A DNA stretch of 64,000 bases from Eledone cirrhosa (taxonomy: Eukaryota). The notes beneath the pieces are model-generated. The model was given only the letters and a program-made list of their open reading frames with translations. It had not been told where the DNA came from and did no database searches. Below are positions 39,773-52,775 of the stretch, piece by piece. The stretch spans positions 24,366,001 through 24,430,000 of the forward strand of contig OZ024756.1 in the NCBI GenBank assembly GCA_964016885.1, read 5' to 3'. The position numbers were made by a program, and so were the translations under genes. Each line of letters starts with the position of its first letter. The stretch's first letter is position 1.

Positions 39773-41250
39773 TACACATATATATACTAACGCGCGCCTA
39801 CACACAAACACCTTGACAGAATGTTCCGTCACAAGACCAGCTACACGTGTAGGAATAAATACCCCCTTGTAAAGTGGCCCAATTTTATTTCATTTAAAAA
39901 AATCTTTCAACGTTCACGAGAAAATATTCCAAAACCATCTTAACACTTTCATTACATCTTCCTTTTACAAAAGTTATTTGTTCTATCAAAAATTCGTCTG
40001 AAAAAAAATGTCATCTCATATTATATATACTTGTTTTCCCCCTCTTCCTATCTTTCCGTTGCAGTACCATCTCTGTTTGTTTACATGTCTCGCTCGCTTC
40101 ACCCTATTTTACGTGTCCCAATAACTTTCTTTAGTTATTGCTCGCACCAACCAGGGGTATATGATCTTTAAAGCGAAGAAATACCAATGAAGGCTGGAAG
40201 ATCACTGATGAAGGACTAATTTTATTCATATGTAACCCATATGCAACCACGCAGCACGCCATTTTTCATATATTTATATTTTTGCCTCCGCTGCGATCTG
40301 TCTGTTTCTTTCTTACTGCCTCCCCTTTCTCTGTATCTCTCACCTTCTTTTTACCCCCTCTGCCAGTCACTCTCTCTCCGCTGGCCTCTTCCTCACACGT
40401 TCACTCACTCTCTGCTTCTCCCCCTCTCTCACTTCCTCCCGTTTGACCTGTGTGAAATCCTTTTCTCGCTCACATCTCACACAGGCCAGATAGTCTGTAT
40501 CTCTCCTCGTCTATGATTTCACAGAACTTAAGTTCACAGATATCACGGACTTGTTTACCCCTCTTCCTATCTTTCCGTTGCATTACCATCTTTGTTTGTT
40601 TACATGTCTCGCTCGCTTCACCCTAGTTTACGTGTCCCAATAACTTTCTTTAGTTATTGCTCGCACCAACCAGAAGTATATGATCTTTAAAGCGAAGAAA
40701 TACCAATGAAGGCTGGAAGATCACTGATGAAGGACTAATTTTATTCATATGTAACCCATGTGCAACCACGCAGCACGCCATTTTTCATATATTTATATAT
40801 ATATACAATTATAAGTTTGAAGAATAGTCAGACAAAATGTATCCAATTCTTTTCCTCCTTAATCCGTAGAAATCAGCCAGATAAATAATCATTTAAACGT
40901 AGCTAAGTTTATATATATGTCAAATGTGAATATATATGTGTGTGTATATATATAGAGAGAAAGAACCATATATCCAGAGAAGACACAGTATATTGTATAT
41001 ATACTAAATACATATTACAGAGAAGAATATGTACTCAAGATGGAATCATATATATATATAGGAAAATGTATGACTCCGACGGCAGAGCTCAAGCAGTTTC
41101 GACGGCTATTTCTGGACCAGAAATAGCCGTCGAAACGGCTTGATTGAGCTCTCCCGTCGGGGTCATACATTTTCCTATTACCCACTCTACTACCCTAAAT
41201 ATTGAGTACTCTGGTGCGTTATGGTCCATCTGGTTCCTTACCACAACTCC

Positions 41251-41300
<50 letters not shown>

Positions 41301-41417
41301 GACATACAAGGGTCGACTGAAAATTTCATTAATTTCCAACCCTCTTATTAAGAACTGCATTTTTTCTTTCTAGAGACTATATTGAAAAATATACCTCATT
41401 TGGCCATTCCATGAATG

Positions 41418-41518
<101 letters not shown>

Positions 41519-41978
41519 ATACGTGTGTGTGTGTAAAAGGTAAACAGAAATAACAACACAATCGATACAGTATATGGAAGGAATATAAACAATCTATTCG
41601 CTTTTTACGCGAATTCGCTTTAACGCGTCGTGAAAATATATTATTAAATATTCACTTTGCGCGCTATAACGCGTGTGGATTTGAATTTATTATTATTATT
41701 ATTTTTTTTTAATTAGAAATATTGGACTTGAATTACGCGAATTTGATTTTACGCGCCGCGTTCACGAACGCAACTGTATATATATATATATATATATATA
41801 TTTAACTTGATATCCTTGAAATATGTATAATGAAATAAATATGGTTTTATAAATATAGTTTCCATTTGTTAATATCGTATATCTACTCCAAATACTTGTC
41901 GAGTGCTTTATATCAGTTATAAAAATATTTGCTTGTTGTATTCCAACAATTTAAATAGAACTTTTGCTTATATATATA

Positions 41979-42013
<35 letters not shown>

Positions 42014-43062
42014 TTGTTTTACCACCCACCCAACCTCCGTATTTATTTATTTATAGCTTCTTAAATTCTTTGTATAGTTTATTTAGTATCGTATTTTCAG
42101 CTGTGGCGATTAAACTGACCTGATTTAGGACCTGAAGTCCGCATGCTTCTCGACTCTTTGATCGTTTTCGTTTTCATTTTTCTTTTATTTTGTATTTTGT
42201 TCACACCATACAAACAAACGAACCTGAACGAAAATAATCTAACAAGTAACAAGTAAATATATATATAAATATTTATATATTTATATATATATATTGGTAC
42301 AAGCTGGTGGTTGTTTTGCTGGGAGGGTTGGAGTATGGTTTTAAAGGATGTGTTTAAATAATTATTGATGTCTTGTCCTGTCTGTGTGTGGTGAGTGGAG
42401 CTGGATTGTAGTGTTTGTTTTGAGTTGGTGGGTAACACATGGCTTTGCGTATTCAGGTTAAGAACCGTATATATATATATATATATATTATCGAGATATA
42501 TATATATATATATATTATCGAGATATATATATATATATATATAAAACATATATATATATATATATATATATAAAATAGTAATAATAATAAAATAGTAATA
42601 ATAATAAACTTTAATCTGTTATTTTAATAAATATATATAAAATATATATATATATAAAACATATATATATATATAACATATATATATATAAAACATATAT
42701 ATATATATAAAACATATATATATATATATAAAACATATATATATATATATATATAAAACATATATATATATATATAAAACATATATATATATATATATAA
42801 AACATATATATATATATATATAACATATATATATATATATATAACATATATATATATATATATAACATATATATATATATATATAAAACATATATATATA
42901 TATATATATAACATATATATATATATATATATATAACATATATATATATAACATATATATATATATATATATAATCATATATATATATGGGGAAAATGCC
43001 TTTATATGAAAATAACAGGTCCATTCATGTTTATCTGTTGGTATATATATATAATACATACC

Positions 43063-43173
<111 letters not shown>

Positions 43174-44194
43174 CAGGCATACGTCAAGACGGGCGGTCTC
43201 AAAAGTGAAACTAATTTTTGATAGTTACGATTGGGAATTTGTTTGTTTTTTTACAACAGGTCTCAATAGTGAAAGTATAATGCAGACACACGCAATTGTA
43301 TGGATTTCTTAATATATATATATATGTGTGGGTGTGTATATATATATATATATATATACAGAGAGACAGAGAGGGGGGGGGGGGTTATTAATCTAAGCAT
43401 AGATTTGGAGTAGTGAAGAACCAAGTAGATATACACACACACATATAAACAAACACACACACACACACATATGTGTATGTATATATATATATATACATAC
43501 ACTTTGTCTCGTCTTTCCTTCATCCAACGTGTATCTTCCACGCAAGCATGGGTTTAGACGTATATATATGTTTGTGTGTATATATGTGTTTGTGTGTATA
43601 TATAAGTGTGTTTGTGTGTATATATATGTGTCTGTATATATATATATAATAGAATAATCGAGTATCGGAAAATCAGCTCACGAATTTACGATAAACAAAA
43701 TCCGACATGAGTGGCAGAGGGCTCAATAATTCAGATAAATCAGAGCTATAACTATCGTTAAGATACCAACACACAAAGATAATGCCTAAAATCACCCGTG
43801 CAGCCGAAAAATTACGACCAGGAAGATTCGGGACACTCAGATAAAATATCAATAAATCAATAAATCATATGAATTATATATATATCTATATATATATATA
43901 TATGTATATATATATTTATGCACACATACACATTTGTATGAATTTGTAGATGTATATATATATGCATGTACACAATTGTATGTTTTTTTTTTAAATAATG
44001 ACATTGTGTGTTGAAATAAATAAATATTGAAAATCCTTATTACACCCTATAAATAGCTGAAAAATTAGTTTCACTTTTGAAAAATTAGTTTCACTCTTGA
44101 CGTATGCCACACATATATATATATATAATACATATATATATATAATATATATATAATACATATATATATATAATACATATATAATGCATATATC

Positions 44195-44350
44195 TAAGGC
44201 GGGTAAAATTCCCGAGATCCATGGACGAGTTCTCTCCAGCGGTCTCTGTCCCTCATTATCGCTGCCATGTCCTGCATCTCCAACAGACCAGTGTCTGTCC
44301 TTAGGGCATCAACATACGTTAACCTTGGTCTTCCTCTTCTAGTGTGTCCA
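44195..44350 (-). mobile_element. RTE-like LINE 3' end fragment
   Basis: GHTRRGRPRLTYVDALRTDTGL..MRDRDRWRELV. Confidence 0.65.
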
Positions 44351-45014
44351 TAATTGTTTCTACTTTTGGCACAAGGCCAGCAAATACCCAGTGCATTACT
44401 GGTACTTTATTTCATCGACCCCGTAAGGATGAAAGGCAAAGTTAACCTCGGCGGGATTTGAACTCAGACCATAAAGGGCCGTAACTCTTTGCGTCAAAGC
44501 ATGGCGCCCGACCCTCTACTGATACTGCTAATCCACCGCCCATATATATATATATATATATATATAATACATATCGATATGACGGGTCGATGAAATATTG
44601 TTCCCTGAGGGTATATACAACTTAAACATAAGGAACCAGACTAAAAAATCCCTGACCCCCCAAAATAGTCTGTGAATTGAAAAATAAATAAGTCAGACCA
44701 CTTCAATAGATTGAGATGGTCTTCTGATTCAGAAAATGCAAGAGCAGTCGAAGGATTTGATCTGGTAATGATGACCATCTCAATCTATTGAAGAGGTATG
44801 ACTTTTCACTTTTCGATTCAGAGACTGCTTTTGCGGTCAGGGATTTTGGTCTGGCTCCTTATGTTTAAGTTGCTTGAGGTTGTATATATCCCTTGGGCAT
44901 GATATTTTATCGACCCATCAGTGATATATATATATATAACTTCAACTTTGATGTGATATATATATATATAATATGTGATATATATATATATATATATATA
45001 ACTTCAACTTTGAT

Positions 45015-45064
<50 letters not shown>

Positions 45065-45830
45065 GTTGAAAAGGTAACACACCAGAGAGATATATACAGT
45101 GCGCTATCAATAAAACAGGGAAAAAACCACCAGTGTATGGAATCTATAACTTATGAAAAGCAGACTATAGACACGATAATTAAAAATATAAATTAAAGCG
45201 TAAATAAATACCTCTATAACTATATAACACACGTACAAATCCAAAGAGATGGGAATGGCGAGGGCCTATAGCTCCGTTAACTTATCGTGATATTTCACTC
45301 CTTATAACAGTCTTTCCTATCTCTCTGTTTGGTTGAGCACACTTCTCTGAGTGGTTTTGGGCTGCTCTTTCTAGCAGTTCGTCCCTCAGGTGCCACTGGT
45401 TCACTGCCCTTAAACACGCTATGACTTCTCTCTCCCACGTGTAGCTGGAGAGTCACTTTTAAAATTCTCTTAGTGTTGTCTGAAATGTATAGCCTTACAC
45501 ACGCTGATGAACCGAGGTTATTCCATTTCTGTCAACAAATTACTGGCGAAATATCTCTGGATTTGTACGTGTGTTATATAGTTATAGAGGTATTTATTTA
45601 CGCTTTAATTTATATTTTTAATTATCGTGTCTATAGTCTGCCTTTCATAGGTTATAGATTCCATACACTGGTGTTTTTTCCCTGTTTTATTGATAGCGCA
45701 CTGTATATATATATTATATATATGTGTGTGTGTGTGTGTCAACATGAATGGACCTGTTATTTTTATCTAAGGACATTTTCCCCCAATTCCAACCCGCCCG
45801 TCCCTTCAATCTATCTTATTTCTCATTCTT

Positions 45831-45866
45831 TCTTCTGATGAAGGACTAGCGTCTGAAACGTTAAGA
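45831..45866 (+). ncRNA. Minimal hammerhead ribozyme
   Basis: tctt-CUGAUGA-a-ggac/gtct-GAAAC-GUU-aaga. Confidence 0.62.
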
Positions 45867-45947
45867 CCCTCTTCCTGCTATTTCAAGCGCTAACCTAATA
45901 TATTCCTTCCATATACTGTACCGATTGTGTTGTTATTTCTGTTTACC

Positions 45948-45986
<39 letters not shown>

Positions 45987-46444
45987 ACTGATACGTCGAT
46001 AAAATATATATATATAAATTAATAAAAACAATGAATAAAAACAAAGAACAAGTTCCTTATATTAAAAAATTCATCATTTTACGATCGTTTCTAGGATATA
46101 TGTATGTGTTGGTATGTATATCATATAGATCTATGTAAAAATATTACAAACTATCAGAGGAAATATACATACCTTCACATATATATGCTGTCTTCAGAAA
46201 TGATATATATATATATATATATATCACATCAAAGTTGAAGTTGCAATAGGGCAACACCAATCAAATTATCTGAGACAGTCTCTAAACACTAAATTATGTA
46301 AGAAATGAATTAACTTTTCCATCAGAGTGACCACATTAAGTTACGAGCACCATGAATAATATATAGACAAGGTGAAGGCCAGCTATAGCATATAACAATA
46401 GCAATGACGACGAATACCAAACAGCAAAATAAACCCCCCCCCCC

Positions 46445-46475
<31 letters not shown>

Positions 46476-46476
<1 letters not shown>

Positions 46477-49037
46477 AGTGGCAACAAGTCCACGATTCGG
46501 TCTTTGAAGGACCAAAACGGACGCGTGATACGTGAGCCGAAGCAGATGTGTGCGGCTTTTCAGCGGCACTTTGCTCGGCTGTTCGTGGGGAGCGGCGCGC
46601 CGGGAGAGGCTATGGATTTCGGTCCATACCTCGACGGCCTACCGCGACTCTCGGACAGCGAGGCGAAGTTCTGCGAAAAGCCGATTTCAGCCACTGAGAT
46701 AGGAGACGCGCTGAGCCAATGCGGCAAACGCAAATCTCCAGGTCTCGACGGTCTACCCTACGAATTTTACGTAGCAATGCCGGACTTATTCTCCGGTCTC
46801 CTGGAAGCGGTCTACTGCAACTGGCAACAGAACGGGAGAATTCCCAGTTCTGTAACCGGGGGCGTGGTCACACTAATCAGGAAGGACGAGAATAAGGGGG
46901 ATGACATAGGCAACTTCCGGTCCATAACTCTGCTAAACACAGAGTTACAGATTTTGGCCAAGGTGTTGGCAAAGAGGCTGGCGCTTGTCGTCGAGAACCT
47001 GGTGGGAGAAGCGCAGACATGCGCAATCCCGACCAGGTCCATACACGACAACCTCCACCTCATGCGATACATCATAGAGAGGGTAGGGTGTAAACCCGGC
47101 TTCGGTGGGGCCCTGATCAACTTGGATCAGTCTAAGGCTTTCGATAGGGTTGACCATCGTTACCTGGATGCGGTGCTCGAGGCGGCAGGCTTCGGACCCG
47201 TGTTCAGGGGCTGGATTGCTGCAATGCACAACAGCAACATCTGCTCAAGGGTCAAGGTGAACGGCTACCTCTCGGAGCCGTTCCATATTACGCGATCCAT
47301 TCGACAGGGATGCCCTCTCTCCTCCCTTCTGTACGTACTCACTCTCGAGCCACTACTGCGGAAGCTGGAGCTATTACAGGGCATCCCTCTGGAACCGGGA
47401 CTGCGGAAAGCGGCGTCGGCCGACGACGTGACAGTAATGGTGTCGAGCGCCTCGCAAATCGAGGAAGTCGGCACCTTACTAAAGGAATACGAAAGTCTCA
47501 CAGGAGCGAAGCTGAACCGGGATAAGTCCATCGGTTTGCAACTCGGATCGTGGAGAGGCAGACCGATGCCTTCCGATGGCGTCGTCAGACGCTGGACGGA
47601 AGGACCGGTAAAGCTGCTCGGGGTCTGGTTTGGTCCGGACCTCCAGGTGGAGAAGAACTGGAACGAAGTGACGGCCAAGGTGTTTGCACTCACCCAGAAG
47701 TGGGCCGAGTGCAAACTATCCTTGAAAGGTCGAGCGGAGGTGGCGAACACTTTTATAGCGTCCGCCATCTACTACCGCTTGACCGTCGTGCCTTGTCCAG
47801 CCAAAACGCTCGCCAAAATGGAGCGCGCGCTCTTCCGATTCCTTTGGAAGAGGCGGGCTCCTTTGGTGAGAAGATCCATCTGCTGCCAACACCCTTCTAA
47901 CGGAGGGCTGGGGATGCCGTGGTTGACGATACGCAAACACACGCTCAGGCTGCGGCATCTCTACGTATTCCTCACCGGACAACCGGTGTGGGCCCCGTTC
48001 GTGAGGCGAGCCTTCCCACGACTCGTCTCGCTGACCGAGCTGCAGTCCTGGGTCAAGCAGAGACCGAGGAAAATGGGCGACTGGCACATCGAATGTGCTC
48101 AGGCGTTCACAGCCCTCTGGCAGGCGGACCCGGCGATCAGTGGAGACTCCACTTCGTCATTCTATAGAGGGTTGGTCCGCAGCAAGTGCGACGACGCGCT
48201 CGGTGAAACTCTAGGCGTAGAGGAAGATGAACTGGCCAGTCTGTTCGGTAGGACCTTTCGCCCGGGACCGATGGACAACTTCCAAAAGTCCCTGGCCTGG
48301 CAGTGCTACCGAGGAGCTCTACCAGTTCGAGACAAGCTCTACAGACATGGGCGCCCGGGCAGGGACCCTGCAAAAAAGATCTGTCCGAGGTGCGTGCGAG
48401 ACGAAGAAACCGTCGCGCACGCATTCATACACTGCCCGGGCGTCACTGACCTGTGGGGCTATGTAGAACGACTATTGTCGCGGGTGGGACCAATCCAGTT
48501 GACCACCGAGTCCATTGTCATGATCAAACCGCCACCCTCCTTTAAAAACGAAGGAGAGGCGGTTTTCCTTTGTGTGATAGCTATGGCGAAAGAGGTTGTA
48601 TGGTGGACAAGGTTGAAAGGGCTGAGGTCAGACACCTTTCTCTCCGGCCAACAACTGATTCTTTTTTTCAAATACCACTTTGGAAGAAGAATCAGGATGG
48701 AGAGAGAGGTGCTGTACCCCAGCAAGTTTTATGAAAGGTGGGTGAAAGTGGCGAGAATGGCCCGAGTGAATGGGCCTTCTCTCTATATCAGCCTGTAGGT
48801 TGAGGAAAAGGAGGAGGAGAGGAAAGGAGTACAAGCTCTTCGTACTCCTGGAGATGAGGGTTGCACATTTTTTTTCGGGGGTATGTGTTACCCATGTAAA
48901 CTGTCTCCCTCTATTGGGGAAAATCGACTAACTTTTTAAATTCCATCTGTGATAACATTTTACACGTTTTTATTGTATGTAAACTTCCCCCTTTGTATTT
49001 GTCCCCTTCTTTTGTGCCCCTGTGGCTAATAAAGAAA
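46476..49037 (+). mobile_element. 5'-truncated Tx1/L1-clade non-LTR retrotransposon inserted in (TATC)n
   Basis: GC-rich block with an RT ORF, 3' UTR ending AATAAAGAAA, and TATC repeats on both flanks. Confidence 0.9.
46504..48798 (+). CDS. LINE ORF2 fragment: reverse transcriptase plus C-terminal CCHC (zf-RVT); no endonuclease domain
   Basis: KSPGLDGLPYEFY, NFRSITLLN, LDQSKAFDRV, RQGCPLS, SADD (in place of YADD), GGLG, CPRC..EETVAHAFIHC. Confidence 0.85.
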   Translation: MKDQNGRVIREPKQMCAAFQRHFARLFVGSGAPGEAMDFGPYLDGLPRLSDSEAKFCEKPISATEIGDALSQCGKRKSPGLDGLPYEFYVAMPDLFSGLLEAVYCNWQQNGRIPSSVTGGVVTLIRKDENKGDDIGNFRSITLLNTELQILAKVLAKRLALVVENLVGEAQTCAIPTRSIHDNLHLMRYIIERVGCKPGFGGALINLDQSKAFDRVDHRYLDAVLEAAGFGPVFRGWIAAMHNSNICSRVKVNGYLSEPFHITRSIRQGCPLSSLLYVLTLEPLLRKLELLQGIPLEPGLRKAASADDVTVMVSSASQIEEVGTLLKEYESLTGAKLNRDKSIGLQLGSWRGRPMPSDGVVRRWTEGPVKLLGVWFGPDLQVEKNWNEVTAKVFALTQKWAECKLSLKGRAEVANTFIASAIYYRLTVVPCPAKTLAKMERALFRFLWKRRAPLVRRSICCQHPSNGGLGMPWLTIRKHTLRLRHLYVFLTGQPVWAPFVRRAFPRLVSLTELQSWVKQRPRKMGDWHIECAQAFTALWQADPAISGDSTSSFYRGLVRSKCDDALGETLGVEEDELASLFGRTFRPGPMDNFQKSLAWQCYRGALPVRDKLYRHGRPGRDPAKKICPRCVRDEETVAHAFIHCPGVTDLWGYVERLLSRVGPIQLTTESIVMIKPPPSFKNEGEAVFLCVIAMAKEVVWWTRLKGLRSDTFLSGQQLILFFKYHFGRRIRMEREVLYPSKFYERWVKVARMARVNGPSLYISL

Positions 49038-49720
49038 TATATCTATCTATTTACCTATCTATGTCACAGGTTGTATTGGGTTACATATTACCAGTAGCAC
49101 TCGAGAGCGTCCTGACATAGATAGATATATTTCTTTATAAATAAATAAATCTATCTATCTATCTATGTAAGGTCGCTCTCGAGTGCTACTGGTAACATGT
49201 AACCCAGTACAACTTGTTTCATGTTCGGGTCGTCGGCGACTAAACCGGCAACCCCAACCAAGCTTGCTTGGTGAGGAGGGGGGATATTTGGATACCCTGC
49301 GGGATGAAATACAAGACCCGGCAAAGGCAAAGGACGGATAAACTCAGCAGAGTCGACGGCCATCCAAATAGTACTTTTTTTTTTTCACCTGGGAGTGAAA
49401 GGCCCCCAGTTGTTGTCACCACACTTTTCTAGGAGAGGGAAACTGAAAAAAAACAAAAAACCCTGCGGTTTCGGAAGCATCCGATGATGTTGATTAGTTC
49501 TCCTTTTCGGGTAGTGTTTTTGATGCTCAGAGAGTGGGATTGGTCGCGTGCAAGGCTTTTCCCCACTTAAAAAAACCTTCAAGGCACGGGCATTGCTTGT
49601 TCAGGATCTGTTATAGGTTCGTGTGGCTGGCCGTAGCCTAAAAGTTTACCAAACTTTATAATCTGACAAGCGATTGAAATACTCTTAGCAGAGTTTGCAG
49701 CCATCATGTATGTATGTACA

Positions 49721-49759
<39 letters not shown>

Positions 49760-50567
49760 GTGTGCATGCAAGATGTCCGTAGATGAATGGTCAAGGAAAA
49801 CAATGCTCAATCAATTGCAAGAGAGCTTATTTAGTGTGATTAACATTTCATACATTTAACATGTATGCACGACCTTAAGTTTCGGGGTTCAGTCATAGCC
49901 ACCATTGTATAGTGAAGGAGCCGTTTCAAATTTGACCTCACATCGGGCACCAGGATAAAACAAAATTTAGACCTATTTGATAAGAACTTTACCCAACAAC
50001 ATAGGTACAGTAAAATCTTCAATCAAATAAATAATATACATTATTTGGATTGGCAGTATCGGTAGAGGGTCGGACGCCATGCTTTCCAGCATAGTTACGT
50101 CCCTTTACGATCTGAGTTCAAATCCCGCCGAGGTTCACTTTGCCTTTCATCCTTACGGGGTCGATAAAATAAAGTACCAGTAATGCACTGGATAATTGCT
50201 GGCCTTGTGCCTAAAGTAGAAACAATTATTTATTTGATTTACATGTTTCATTCTCCAAAGGATGTTATTTTCAATACCTTTGTAGAGAAATCATCAGAAT
50301 CAATTAGATATGACATATCAAAGGTATTTATTTACTGACCCTGTGTGTGCGCCATATCTGAATGCCTTTTACTGTTGTATGATCAATTTATATAATTTAA
50401 CTAACCCTCACTCACTCACATATATATAGTGTTAGAAGGTAAGGCGACACAAACAATTCTCTTTTTAACTTGATCTCAATTCTTCTCTCTCTCTTGTTTG
50501 TGTCGCGTGTTACCTTCTTACACTCGTTATCAGTAACCACACAGCCTCCCCTCCCTCACTCCATAAT

Positions 50568-50620
<53 letters not shown>

Positions 50621-50876
50621 TTGAAGAAATAATACAATCACAAGGAAGGAAAAATAAAGTCTTATTGGGATCTTCTTCTTCTTCGCCCACTTAATCCTTA
50701 AATTAAGGGTCGTGGGCCAGAGTCCCCCAAAACTCCTTCCAGTGATACTGTCAGAAGCAACCGTCTTCAACTGATCCAGCTAGATCCCCAAGCAAGACCA
50801 GCCCAGTTCATGGATGTTATGCAACCATATTGCTCGTGATCTACTCCTAGGTCTCCTATCGGTTGGTTTTAGCGGA

Positions 50877-50972
<96 letters not shown>

Positions 50973-51087
50973 AAGGTTAAACAAGGTTCAATATTTTTAA
51001 TAGATTGGAAGCACTCAACAGTATTGGTTTTCCGGAGTTATAAATATTCATTCAAAATATTAACAAAAATAGAACTTCATTGTAATA

Positions 51088-51154
51088 TATTTTATTATGC
51101 ATATTTCAGAGGTACTGAGCTAACTTCAACAGTACGTCCTCATCAGATAAAATA
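51088..51154 (-). ncRNA. Hammerhead ribozyme, type I
   Basis: tattttat-CUGAUGA-ggacgtactg..cagtacctct-GAAA-tatgca-UA-ataaaata. Confidence 0.7.
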
Positions 51155-51359
51155 AGATGATGCATGATATACCCTGACATAGTAGATGGTTAAGATCCAG
51201 TCATGGTAGTGAGTAAGATATGATAAAACTCAATATTTATATACCTTAAGATTGCTACATGAAAAAACTTACATATAATACAGAGGGTGTCTGCGATCTT
51301 AGATTTTCTTTATAAATTTATATAGTAGTATAATGTGTCTGCAAACATGAAAAAGAGAA

Positions 51360-52775
51360 AGCCTAAGGATTTCATAGACTACCCAAGCAAACACCCCAAC
51401 CATCGATTACCTGTACTAGACACAGAGCTCTGGTTAGATACCATTAATAACAAAAAACAAATCCTCCATTCCCATTATGCCAAACCCATGACTTCCAAAT
51501 ATCTGATCCACCGAAACTCAGCTGTTTCGTACCATACCAAAATCAACATACTGATTGCAGATTTGGTACGGATGATGAGAAACGTGTCCCGCATGTGCAA
51601 CCCCGAAGAACTAGAGAGACACATACAACACTTCATCCACCGTATGCAGTTCTCTGGTTACAATCAGAGAGATAAAATCAGAGTGTATAGAGGAGCCAGA
51701 ACCAAATGGGAAAAAATGGTAAATAATGACACAAATGGGACCTGCCCCTTGTATAGGAGCAAATTTTGGAATAGAATAGAAAGAACTAGGAATAAGGCTA
51801 ATAGAATAAACTCATGGGATGATAGCAATAAATACCAGAGTGTAATGTTCATCGATACAACCCCTAGAAGTGAATTAGCTTACAAATTTAGAAGGGCCCT
51901 AGATAAACATAAACTCAATATTAAGATAGTAGAAAGACCAGGTACCTCCATAAAAACACTTATTAGCAAGACATACCCTTTTCAAAGACCCCCCTGTATA
52001 GATAAGAAATGTATAACCTGTAAATTAAGCCCCATATTAACTGTAAAACTAGAAATGTAGTATATAGCATAAGATGTACTGAAGGACAATGTAGAGATAA
52101 GAATATCGTGTACATAGGTGAGACAGCTCGTAGTGTAGGGGAACGGATAAATGAACACTGACGAGACCTTCAAGATAGTAAAGAATCATCTGTACTCTAC
52201 CAACATGCTAAAATAGAACATAAGGGTAAATTAGAGAACATAGAAATAAAAATAGAATCTACACACAGAAAAGACGCAATGTTTAGACAAATCACATAGG
52301 CAATAAACATAAAAGAATTACAACCCAAAATTAAATAGAAAACATGAGTGGAACAGCAACATCACAACTTACAATTAAGGACAAAATGAAAACACACACG
52401 CACATAGATCAAACAACCTATAACATGTAAATAAACAAATAAATAAACGAATATAAACACACACACACACAGACACCCGGATGTGGCGCATGCGCAGACT
52501 GAGCACACAACACACACACAGAAACAAGATGGCGTAGGACAGAACAAAGGAGAGGCACAAAAACAAAGAAAAGAATCCCCAGTCACTGAAGAGGTCACAG
52601 AATGTGTGACGAAAGAACTTTGACAATATATAAACAACCATCTGGTTGTGGAACCAACCAACCAACCGGAAATTTATAAATTCCTAAATTTATAAATTTA
52701 TTATAATAAATTGAAGTGAAAGCAACTGGTGCGTGTGTTTCTTATTGGCAACATGACCCTCCCAAAGTATAACAA
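51360..52775 (+). mobile_element. Penelope-like element (Nematis/Neptune-like): RT C-terminus, Cys linker, GIY-YIG, pLTR; degraded
   Basis: LPVLD..HYAKPM..MQFSGY..PLYRS..CxxxxCxxC, then frameshifted NVVYSIRC..YIGETARS..ERINEH; hammerhead in the 3' repeat. Confidence 0.85.
52582..52624 (+). ncRNA. Minimal hammerhead ribozyme (variant A)
   Basis: Stem I gtca/tgac, core CUGAAGA...GAAA, 6-bp stem II. Confidence 0.72.

Noticed and set aside
42119-42150. CTGATTTA-GGAC/GTCC-GCAT hammerhead-like hairpin
   Set aside because: Both conserved core segments are mutated; at best a dead remnant
46476-48800. GC-rich island suggesting horizontal transfer or contamination
   Set aside because: Explained by a young LINE with a second family copy and a TSD in the same window
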